Origin: Amphiscolops sp. MND2022
Taxonomy: Eukaryota
Length of the DNA: 64,000 nt
Reading direction: 5' to 3'
Assembly (NCBI GenBank): GCA_964187785.1
Contig: OZ076409.1
Coordinates: forward strand, 2,356,001 to 2,420,000
In this document: positions 51,930-61,256 of the stretch, piece by piece
Numbering within the stretch: position 1 is the stretch's first letter
Layout: each line of letters starts with the position of its first letter
The notes under the pieces: model-generated
The model's input: the letters and a program-made list of their open reading frames with translations, nothing else
Databases searched by the model: none
What the model was told of the DNA's origin: nothing
Program-made: the position numbers and the translations under genes

Positions 51930-53431
51930 ACGGCTGCAGCTGAGTCAGTCCAAAGTTGCTCATCTTCTGAAAGAGAACAACGCTTAAAAATGCAAAAACA
52001 AGCCCGGAACGACCAAAGTCGGCGCTATATCTCAAGCTCATAAAGCGCAAAGTTTTTAAAATTGTAAAAGAGGGACCCTTTGGGCTTTTTGAAACACCAG
52101 TTTAGGAGTTTATCTGTTTCCAGGAAAAATATTTTTATTAGTTATTCAAAGAGTATTATCAGAGAAATTGAGCGAGAAAAAGAACACTTATTTTCCCGTT
52201 TGGGCAATCATTTTTTGACAAAAAGAGCACAACACAAAAATCGTTCTAGTTAAAGGTTTGTTCTCATAATTTAGGAATTGAAAGTTTCAAAACTTTTAAC
52301 CGAAAGAATTTCCGGCGATTTGTTGAAAAAAAGCTGTGCTATATTTGATGCTTGTTCGGAAATTTTTTTCTCGGTCGTAAAATCAAATGTTTCGCGTAGG
52401 TGAGAAAACAAGCCGGCGACCCTCTCAAGGCTGAAAAAGAAAAAATCGCTTGAAAAATTCATTCGAGGTTTATAGAAAAAAAATTTTTAAAAATTTCACA
52501 GTGCCGAAAAATATTCAACGGGCCCCCGTTTTTTGCTAATTTTTAGACAAAGTAGAGATGAAGCATGTTCAAAAGCAGAACCAACCCTTTGGCCGCTTTT
52601 GATGCTTTTTAGACCTCAAAGAAAAATGATAAACTTTTGTTGACTGGGCAAACAACATGCACAAACTTCTCATTTCTTCTGTTTTGACCAAATTTAACGG
52701 AAAGTCAAAAACGCCGACTAAAAAACACTGTATTTCCTGCTTAAAATAGTATAAAAATGCATTTCTATTTCAAGAGGCAGTGTATTCAACATAAGTGATA
52801 AAAAACGTAATTGAAGGGTAAAAGGGGGTGATTATGGGGACGAATTAAGTAAAACGGTAAGCACTCCAACACTTTATTCCATATTGTGGTCGGTCTATTT
52901 CATTTTCGTATCTTTGGAAAAAAAAGATTTGATTCTTGTTTTTCATTGTTTATTGTTTCGTATGAAATTTCCTTTTTAATCATCTTTTTTCGGCAGGGTG
53001 TTCCACAAGGATAATGATCTTTTGAAGAAACATTTGCGTAGAAATTCAGATCTAATTGTCATATCTGAGAATTCAATTTGTGTTCTTTTATGTATCTTTG
53101 CACAAAAAAACCAAGAGTTACAGTCTTCAAGAGCTTGCCACTAAAGATCCGATCCATCCTTGTTGAAGAAGAAAAACTTGGTTGATTCAAAAGCGTTTTG
53201 TTAAAAAGTCAAAATTATCCAGTTTTGAATACACATTATAGGATTATAATTATCTAATACAGAAAAGTCGTATGTTAAACAGACGGGAACGTCTCAAGTC
53301 GGCGCTATATGTAAGGCTCAAATAAAATCGAAGGGGGACCCTTTGGAGAGAAAAAAAACTCCAACAGTTGCAACGTAATTGTTTCTTGTTGCCAATTCTA
53401 AGACGATTCAAAGTTCTTTGGAAATCATCTG

Positions 53432-53898
53432 AACAAGAAGAGAACGTCTAAAGTCGGCGCTATATCTAAGGCTCAAAAAGCGCAAAAGACTTTTGAAAAA
53501 AAAACTTGAATTTTTTTCTTCCAGAAAATGTCGCATAGTGCCGAAAAATGTAAAAGGGGGGACCCTTTGGGCTTTATTAACATATATTCTGTTGCAAAAT
53601 ATCAAAAAACTCGAAAGGGGGACTCTTTTAGGACATTAAAAAATTTTCGAAAAAAGTCGCACAATGCCGAAAAAAATCGAAAGGGGGGACCCTTTAGTCT
53701 CGTCCGGTTTTGTAGCTTACGTTTAAAAAGTAAAAAAAACAAAAGGGGGCCCTTTGGAATAACTTGGATGCGTTTCCCGGGTATTCGTTTAGTTGAACAT
53801 GCTGAACGTTAACGTTCGTCGCTTCGAGTCTGTCTTAAATAAAAAAACGAGTGACTGTAATAGTCGGGCTCTTTATTAATAAAAGCGCCGACTAAAAA
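53432..53898 (-). mobile_element. HINE/DINE-1-like dispersed repeat copy
   Basis: Complete head and tail motifs. Confidence 0.72.
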
Positions 53899-53991
53899 CA
53901 ACCGACATAAAACCTGAAAGTTTCTGTGAGAAATTTCCTTACCATCGGTACTGCGTCAGCTACGATTCTTGTAATTGTCTCTGACAGTGAT

Positions 53992-54237
53992 TGATGCTAC
54001 GATCCTTGAAAGGTACTTGAGAATTTGTTTGTTTACTCAACAAACAAAGCTGGCTGAGCTGACAAAGCTGACTGTCTTTCAACTTTTATTAACAAAAGAG
54101 TGATATGATGAATAAATGTGAACAAGTGTGAATAAATTCTACAAATTCATCCAACTTTCTTCACAAGCGCGGCAAGCAAAATTGAGAGAAGATTATGAAT
54201 CAAATTTAAGTCAAATTATGCATGTTTAGATTGTACA
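53992..54237 (-). repeat. BEL/Pao 3' LTR
   Basis: Direct repeat of 60408-60653, adjacent to the PPT. Confidence 0.96.
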
Positions 54238-54272
54238 TTGCCGCCCCCTTGACATATTGTCAATATTTTCAG

Positions 54273-54599
54273 ATGAGTTTGTTCTTCTCCTTCAAAAAGG
54301 AATTATCTTCTCTGGATCCTCTACCGTCCTTAAGTCAAATCCTTGCCAGCCGGTTTAAAAGAAGAAGATTCCTGACTCTCCGGTTGGTGAGGGTTGTTGT
54401 CCCGAAGGCAGAGGTGAAGGAGGAGATCAAAGAAGAGGACAGGGACTGGTATGCTGGAGAACACCAACTGTACGACGGACCACTCGAGAGTATACCAGTC
54501 TCTGTCAGCCGTGTACGCAGGTATCGAAGAAGGAAGGTGGCAAAGGATTGCAAGGGCCGGTACCTGCGTGCATGGCAATACAAGAAAGACCACCAATAG
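54273..54599 (+). CDS. Antisense 108-aa Arg/Lys-rich ORF inside the BEL element; unknown function
   Basis: Fills the gap between the PPT and the pol stop; ATG directly follows an acceptor-like tattttcag; more GC-rich than its flanks; gtaagt just after the stop. Confidence 0.5.
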   Translation: MSLFFSFKKELSSLDPLPSLSQILASRFKRRRFLTLRLVRVVVPKAEVKEEIKEEDRDWYAGEHQLYDGPLESIPVSVSRVRRYRRRKVAKDCKGRYLRAWQYKKDHQ

Positions 54600-54609
54600 A
54601 AGTAAGTTT

Positions 54610-57600
54610 TCATTTCAATTGGATTTTCTTCAGCTTTACAATAGGACGAACTGTAAACTTTTCTTTTCCGGTTTTGACTTTTACAACGCGAACTAAATCA
54701 TCATTTCCAGTGTATGTTTCAATGATAATGCCAATTGGCCAATACAATGGAGGGATATTAGCATCAGTTATATAAACTAAATCACCTTTTTGCAAATTAT
54801 AACATTCTTTGTTGTTCTTTTGTCGTACTTGCAATTCTGTAAGATACTCTTTTGACCATCTATTCCAAAAATGTTGAATCATCGACTGCAGATAGTTGAA
54901 TCTTTTGATAGGACATTGTTCATCGGGTTTCATATCTTGAACATCAGCAACAATTGGAAGATAATCTCGTTTGAATCCAGTCAATAGCATTGAAGGTGTT
55001 AAGGGGCAATTGTCGAGCGCATCATTAGGAATGAAAGTAATTGGTCTGGAATTCATGATAGCTTCAATATGACACGTAATGGTATACATTTCATCTAATT
55101 GCAATCGAGTGGCTTTTCCGACAATCTTTTGGAAGTGTAACTTCATTGATTTGATAGCCGCTTCCCATAGTCCCCCGAAATGTGAAGCTCTTGCGGGAAT
55201 TGTAGCCCAATTGATGCCCAAATCCAAGACTGATTGAGGTAGACTGTCACAATTGTAGCGTTCTCTGACTAGCTTTTTGAGTTTAATTAGCTCACCAAGG
55301 GATCCAATAAAATTTGTTCCGTTATCAGAGAAAATCTTTTTAGGGCAACCTCTTCGAGCTATGAATCTTCTTATTGCTTTCATGCACTCCTGCGTGTCTA
55401 ATGATTTCGCTATGTCTAAGTGTACAGCTTTAGTAGTGAAGCAAACGAAAACTACAATATAACATTTCGATCGTGTTGTGCTTTGTTCATAAAAGAATGG
55501 GCCTGCAAAGTCTATACCAACAAGAGAAAATGGAGGCGATGGATTAACTCTTTCACTGGGAAAATCACCCATTAATTGCTGCATGTTCCTGCTATTAAAT
55601 CTATTGCATTTAATACAAGTCGCTACGGTTTTTCGTGCTAATGCTCTTACTTTCGTGATCCAAAAGAATTGTCTCGTGTTAGCTATAATTGCATTTGTTC
55701 CACAATGTGCTAATTTGTGGTGACTATCAAGTACGATGAGTTTGGCTAAATAACTTTGTCCTGGTATTATGACTGGAAATCTTGTTTCTTGAGCGAGACA
55801 ATCAGCTGCTAATAGCCTTCCGCCAACCTTCAGAAGTTTGTTTTCATCTAAGAAAGGATATAATTGGACTATTTTTGATTCCTTTGCAACTGACTGCTTA
55901 TTTTCGAGGTCTTTGATTTCTTGGCTATAATAACTGTGTTGCACTTGTTTGATCAGGTGATTCAAAGCTATTTTACGGTATTCTACTTCCTCTATTACTT
56001 GTTTGCGAATCTTGCGGATGAATTTTATCACAAACTTTGTAATTCTGATAGCTTTTTCGAAAGTTCCCCATCTTTCTATAGGGAGCATGTGGTCAACTTT
56101 GACAATTTCTTTTTCAGTACTAGTGTCAGCGAACGCGGTCGGGTCCCCCCCGGTCTGACGAGCAAGTGTGCCCGAACAATCTAAGGCTAAAATTTCCTTC
56201 TTACGGATCTCTTTTTGAAACTCTGTATTCTCTAAAATTTGAGGTTGTTTCGGTAGTGTGACTGGTTCTTCATGGATCCAATTGGGTCCATGCCACCAGA
56301 TGTCCAATGACAAAAGATCATTGGGAGCTACTGGACGAGTACAATAGTCTGCTGGGTTTTCGGAAGTAGGTACATATTTCCAGTTCTCAACTGGAAAAGC
56401 TCTTTGAACCTTTGCTATTCGATTTGCTATAAATATCTGGAATCTGCTAGGTGTGGATTGTATCCAAGCTAACGCTACGGTGGAATCACTCCATGCTGAA
56501 ATGCTTATGTTCAAATTGAAAGGTTCTAGGGATTGAAGTACGTATTCAACGAGTTTGACACCAAGAACCATTGCACATAATTCTAATCTGGGGAGACTGA
56601 CTGAGCGTTTTGGAGCCAGTCTACTTTTTGCTATGAGCAAGCCACCACCCCTAGTAGAGTCCCAAATTGATGGGGCATATATGGCTGCTCCGTAGGCCTT
56701 TTCAGAAGCATCTACGAATAAATGAAGTTTGAAATTTTTTGGCTTGAATGTGACCACAGAGGTCACTAAACGAGGAATGTGGAGTTGACTCAAATCCTTC
56801 AACGATTCCATCCAGTATAAAAACTGACTCGTTGTAGTTGCCCCAACGTCATCATCCCAATTTAAAGTACCATCCCATGTTTTTTGAAATAAAATTTTCG
56901 GAAGTAATGTCACTGGTGTGACCAAACCTAGAGGATCAAAGACCTTTCCAAGGGAACTGGAAATGATCCTGCGTGTTATTTTTGACGTTTTTGCATGGGG
57001 CACAAGTGGAGAAGCGGTGGGGGTATCGTTTGCAACGATATTTTGCTGATTTGTGTTAGAAAAGTTAGTGCGAAGATGACCATCGGAGTGATTTTCGGAC
57101 GTGTCATAATTTTGTGTTAAGTCACTGTATGATGCTTGTTTTGGTCGCAAATCAATGGGGCAACCATTTTCGTGTGGTTTATCGAAGGTTTGGGTGTGTA
57201 ATTTCAATTTTTCTTTGTCAAAAGTGATGGGAATGTTGACCATAGGTCCATTTTTCGTGATTGGTGAAAAATAACATTTTTTGTATTTTTGCTTTTTCTG
57301 TTGTCTAGTTTGCAAGGGGCAAGCCTGGGGATGCGAACGAAACCGTTTTTGACCTTCAGCGCCAATTTTAACTTGGTCATTTTCATCCTGAAAGTTGACC
57401 ATTGGATCAACTTGTGCTGAAATACTGAAATCGTGAAACTTGTGTTTTTCATCGAATTTAGTGGAATTTTCTGTCTTGACAGCATGGGGCAAGGCTGTGG
57501 AGTGCTCTGAATCGGTTTTTTCGAATGCACGAAAAAAGAAAGTGTCCGTTTGAGGTGTCCAATTGAGACCAAGGGTCTTGATGCTATGGTCATCTTTGAG

Positions 57601-60363
57601 AAGTAAAAAATCTTTGTTTTCGTGTAGTTCAACTGGAATTTCATTCATAACTTGTTTCGAATTACTTGCCCATTTGCGAATAGGCATTCCACGACTAGCT
57701 AATGTGGTGGTTATGTCCTTAAAAAGTGATACTGCTTCATCAGGGGATGATGCACCACCAAGAAAATCATCGACATAAAATGAATTCAAAATTGCGTCTC
57801 TGCAAGTTTGATTTGGTGCTTTATCAACTGATTCACGCAAAGCCCGTATTGCATGATATGAACTCAATGCTACTCCGTAAATTACTCGTGTTAATCGCCA
57901 TTTTGTTATTGGTTCGCTAGGATCTGATCTCCAATATAACTGATGCAAATTTCTGTCCAATTCATTCAAAATCAATTGTCTGTACATTTTCGTTACATCT
58001 CCTGATAAAACTATTGGATAAAAGCGTAATCTAATCAGAATTTCAATCAAATCTGGTTGTTGCTTGGATCCTACCATGATACAATCATTCAAACTTTTAC
58101 CATTTGATGTTTTAGCCGATGCATTGAACACTGCACGACATTTTGTGGTTGTGGATTCTTTCCAAACAGCGTGATGAGGCATCACGAAGTATTTGCCTGG
58201 TTCCAGATGCTGCTCATCCGGTGGAACGCGTTCAATATGACCTGTGTCAATCATTTCTTGGAAAAATTCATGATATTGCTGTTTTGCAATAACATTATTT
58301 TTGAGTTTATTTTCATTGCGAATAAATTGTCTGAGAGCATTTTTTGCTGAATGTCCAATATCGGGCACCAAATCAGACCCATTTGATGCAATTGTTAAGT
58401 GAGATTCCTTGAAAGGAAGTCGAACTATGACTCTACCATCGTGACCATATGTAGTGGTTTGCTCATAGTGTTGCGAACAAGAAATTTCCTCTGAATTCAT
58501 CTTAGATTCCGGGAAAGTTGGGACATCTTCTATTTTCCAAAAATTCTCAAACTTACTGTCATCATTTTCCACAAAATTAATACTATAGGAGTCCTGATAA
58601 AAATTTGGCGATTCTTGAGTAGCTATTCCTGAAACTGTCCAGCCTAATGCTGTTTCGACTAAGGCAAGTGTGCCTATTTTGATAGCTTTGTCTCGAAGTA
58701 TGTGTGTGTATACAGTGATTCCAAGTAATAGATCAATGTGACCTGGAGAATTAAAAGTCGGGTCTGCTAAATCATAGTGTTTGGCACGCTCAACATCTTC
58801 ATTGGCAATTTTGCATTTCGGATTCTCACTTTTTGTTATATTATTCAACACGACACATTTTATGTTGAACACTTTTCCATGCTTAGGTTTAACAGAAATT
58901 TTGACATTTCCTTCCACTGGTTGCGAAGATGTCTGATTCACTCCGATAATTCTTTCATCGGAGTTTTCAACTTGTAGGCCTAACTTTTTACAAGCAGTTG
59001 TTGTAATGGCGCTAATGTGAGCACAAGTATCTAGAAGAGCTCTAAGTTTCACCTTATTACCTCTTTTATCTAGAACTTCGACTTGAGCAGTTGGTAAAAG
59101 TGAGATTTTTCCTGACTTTTCATGATTCGATTCGATAGCTAACGTACTATGAATTTCGGCAGAGTTATTGACTGGTTTGCTGCTACTCTCATGCAAAAAG
59201 GAATGATGCTTGGACTGACAAGTCTTGCATTTTGACTGTGAAGTGCATTTTGCTAGGACATGGCCTGATCTGAGACAATTGAAGCAAAGTTTACCTTGTA
59301 TGACAGTTTCTTTCCGTTCAGTAGGCGATTGAGCTTGAAATACAGGGCATTTCCAAATAGCATGTTTAGCTTTGCAAGTTGGAACGGGACAGTGCTGTGT
59401 TGAAGCTCTCTCTGTTTCAGTTGTGAATAGTTGCTTGGTTTCCTTCATCTTCATTGAATTCTCCTTTGGTTGACAAGTTTCCATGGAGCGGGTTCTCAAG
59501 TCCAGGAATTTCATCAAGTTTGTGTATTCCAGACACTTTGTTCCAGGATTTGCTAGTTCCCATGCCTTCTGTGATTCAGGATCCATTTTGGAGAACACCA
59601 ATTGATACCACATGATGTTGTCGACCAGTTGATTCATTGACTCTAAGGCAAGAGCTGTTTCGTGGAAAGTGTTATGAAGTAATCGTAATTGGAAAGCATT
59701 TTCTGTTCGTACAGGTCGGAATTCAATAATTCGAGTTAGCAAATTACGAACAATAATTCTTTCGTTATGATATCGATCAGTCAATATTTTGACTGCGTTG
59801 TCATAATTAGCTTCTGTTGTTTCAAGATTTTTTATTAATCGCTCAGCTGGTCCAGTTAAACAACGTTTAAGATAAATCAATTTTTGAACGTTTGATAACT
59901 TTGGATTTTTATCAACAGAGCTGCTGAATTGATCGTAAAAAGCGAGCCAATCAGAATAATTGCCATTAAATTTAGGTAATTCAATTTGTGGTAATTTAGC
60001 AACGGAATTCTCTGTGTTGATTGTTGGAGTTGGATGAGTACTGCTTGTCACAACATTCGATTGGTTAGCTGAACTTAGTTGATTATATTCCCAATTGATT
60101 TCTGTTATTATTCGCTGTACGTCACAATCCAATGTGAACATTTCATCGCCAACGGCATCGTAGTTTTCTTCAGTAGTTTCTTTCAACAATTTTTCACTTA
60201 GTTCTTTCTGTTCCTTTTGCAGACGAATTAACAAGTCTGAACGAATTTGTAGTTCCTTGAGTGAATGCACTGTAGTTGAATCTGTTTTCATGTCGTTCCA
60301 TTCTTTCAATTGCTGTTGCAAATGACGTTTTTGAAGTCTGTATTGACGAGCAATGTCTGTCAT
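54610..60363 (-). CDS. BEL/Pao gag-pol polyprotein (1917 aa)
   Basis: KLPQIELPKFNG gag; triple Cys/His knuckles; ALLDTCA protease; FYVDD RT; HLFVDAS and SLPRLELC Pao RNase H region; GIDFAGP, SDNGTNF and GGLWEA integrase. Confidence 0.97.
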   Translation of the reverse strand: MTDIARQYRLQKRHLQQQLKEWNDMKTDSTTVHSLKELQIRSDLLIRLQKEQKELSEKLLKETTEENYDAVGDEMFTLDCDVQRIITEINWEYNQLSSANQSNVVTSSTHPTPTINTENSVAKLPQIELPKFNGNYSDWLAFYDQFSSSVDKNPKLSNVQKLIYLKRCLTGPAERLIKNLETTEANYDNAVKILTDRYHNERIIVRNLLTRIIEFRPVRTENAFQLRLLHNTFHETALALESMNQLVDNIMWYQLVFSKMDPESQKAWELANPGTKCLEYTNLMKFLDLRTRSMETCQPKENSMKMKETKQLFTTETERASTQHCPVPTCKAKHAIWKCPVFQAQSPTERKETVIQGKLCFNCLRSGHVLAKCTSQSKCKTCQSKHHSFLHESSSKPVNNSAEIHSTLAIESNHEKSGKISLLPTAQVEVLDKRGNKVKLRALLDTCAHISAITTTACKKLGLQVENSDERIIGVNQTSSQPVEGNVKISVKPKHGKVFNIKCVVLNNITKSENPKCKIANEDVERAKHYDLADPTFNSPGHIDLLLGITVYTHILRDKAIKIGTLALVETALGWTVSGIATQESPNFYQDSYSINFVENDDSKFENFWKIEDVPTFPESKMNSEEISCSQHYEQTTTYGHDGRVIVRLPFKESHLTIASNGSDLVPDIGHSAKNALRQFIRNENKLKNNVIAKQQYHEFFQEMIDTGHIERVPPDEQHLEPGKYFVMPHHAVWKESTTTKCRAVFNASAKTSNGKSLNDCIMVGSKQQPDLIEILIRLRFYPIVLSGDVTKMYRQLILNELDRNLHQLYWRSDPSEPITKWRLTRVIYGVALSSYHAIRALRESVDKAPNQTCRDAILNSFYVDDFLGGASSPDEAVSLFKDITTTLASRGMPIRKWASNSKQVMNEIPVELHENKDFLLLKDDHSIKTLGLNWTPQTDTFFFRAFEKTDSEHSTALPHAVKTENSTKFDEKHKFHDFSISAQVDPMVNFQDENDQVKIGAEGQKRFRSHPQACPLQTRQQKKQKYKKCYFSPITKNGPMVNIPITFDKEKLKLHTQTFDKPHENGCPIDLRPKQASYSDLTQNYDTSENHSDGHLRTNFSNTNQQNIVANDTPTASPLVPHAKTSKITRRIISSSLGKVFDPLGLVTPVTLLPKILFQKTWDGTLNWDDDVGATTTSQFLYWMESLKDLSQLHIPRLVTSVVTFKPKNFKLHLFVDASEKAYGAAIYAPSIWDSTRGGGLLIAKSRLAPKRSVSLPRLELCAMVLGVKLVEYVLQSLEPFNLNISISAWSDSTVALAWIQSTPSRFQIFIANRIAKVQRAFPVENWKYVPTSENPADYCTRPVAPNDLLSLDIWWHGPNWIHEEPVTLPKQPQILENTEFQKEIRKKEILALDCSGTLARQTGGDPTAFADTSTEKEIVKVDHMLPIERWGTFEKAIRITKFVIKFIRKIRKQVIEEVEYRKIALNHLIKQVQHSYYSQEIKDLENKQSVAKESKIVQLYPFLDENKLLKVGGRLLAADCLAQETRFPVIIPGQSYLAKLIVLDSHHKLAHCGTNAIIANTRQFFWITKVRALARKTVATCIKCNRFNSRNMQQLMGDFPSERVNPSPPFSLVGIDFAGPFFYEQSTTRSKCYIVVFVCFTTKAVHLDIAKSLDTQECMKAIRRFIARRGCPKKIFSDNGTNFIGSLGELIKLKKLVRERYNCDSLPQSVLDLGINWATIPARASHFGGLWEAAIKSMKLHFQKIVGKATRLQLDEMYTITCHIEAIMNSRPITFIPNDALDNCPLTPSMLLTGFKRDYLPIVADVQDMKPDEQCPIKRFNYLQSMIQHFWNRWSKEYLTELQVRQKNNKECYNLQKGDLVYITDANIPPLYWPIGIIIETYTGNDDLVRVVKVKTGKEKFTVRPIVKLKKIQLK

Positions 60364-60407
60364 CTTTATGAGTTAGAGCAGTGTATGCCTCTCTATGGCC
60401 ACCAAAA

Positions 60408-60653
60408 TGATGCTACGATCCTTGAAAGGTACTTGAGAATTTGTTTGTTTACTCAACAAACAAAGCTGGCTGAGCTGACAAAGCTGACTGTCTTTCAACT
60501 TTTATTAACAAAAGAGTGATATGATGAATAAATGTGAACAAGTGTGAATAAATTCTACAAATTCATCCAACTTTCTTCACAAGCGCGGCAAGCAAAATTG
60601 AGAGAAGATTATGAATCAAATTTAAGTCAAATTATGCATGTTTAGATTGTACA
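60408..60653 (-). repeat. BEL/Pao 5' LTR
   Basis: Followed by the PBS and the polyprotein ATG on the minus strand. Confidence 0.96.
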
Positions 60654-61256
60654 GTGATATTGTGTTAAATCTTTTCAACAGATATTTTAATAATCGATTA
60701 AATTTTTTAATCCCAATCTGTAAAATCAATTTTCGCCTTGAATCTGATTTTAACCATTTTTTAACAACTGTTTGCGCATTAGAGTTTACTTCGTGCGGCC
60801 CAGGATATTATTGGGGTTTGTTGCACAAGGAGTTGCTATGGAAGGGTATGTGGTTGGTTTTTTCTTTTGATCAAAGACTTTTGAGAAAACTGGATTTCGT
60901 CAAAAACTGAATTTTGGAACAGAAGAGTTTGATTCGTGAACAGAAGAGAATTCACCGAGATCGAAGGTGAGGGTTCCCCGCATTATTGCTACTGACGTTT
61001 CTCTATAGGCAGTTGAAACTTTAAGAAAATAAAGTTTTAACTGGTAAAATTTCGTTTTTTGGTATTTTCATTTAGATTTTCATCAAAAAATGATGAAAAA
61101 CACAAAAAGTGTTTTTTCCAAGAAAAATCATGTTTTTGCAAAAAAAACTTTCTTATGCAAACACTGTGTCTCTGTTATCTCAAAGAATCCCTTTCGGCTT
61201 CTTTTTTTTTTAAAAAAAAAAACAGTTTTGAGTATGAATTTAAATTGAGTTTTGTT

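Larger units (their letters stand above)
53992..60653 (-). mobile_element. Full-length BEL/Pao LTR retrotransposon, apparently intact
   Basis: 246-bp TG..CA LTRs (53992-54237, 60408-60653) identical by eye; 5-bp TSD GTGAT; PBS TGGTGGCCATAGAGAGG (60404-60388); PPT aagggggcggcaa (54250-54238); single 1917-aa ORF. Confidence 0.97.
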
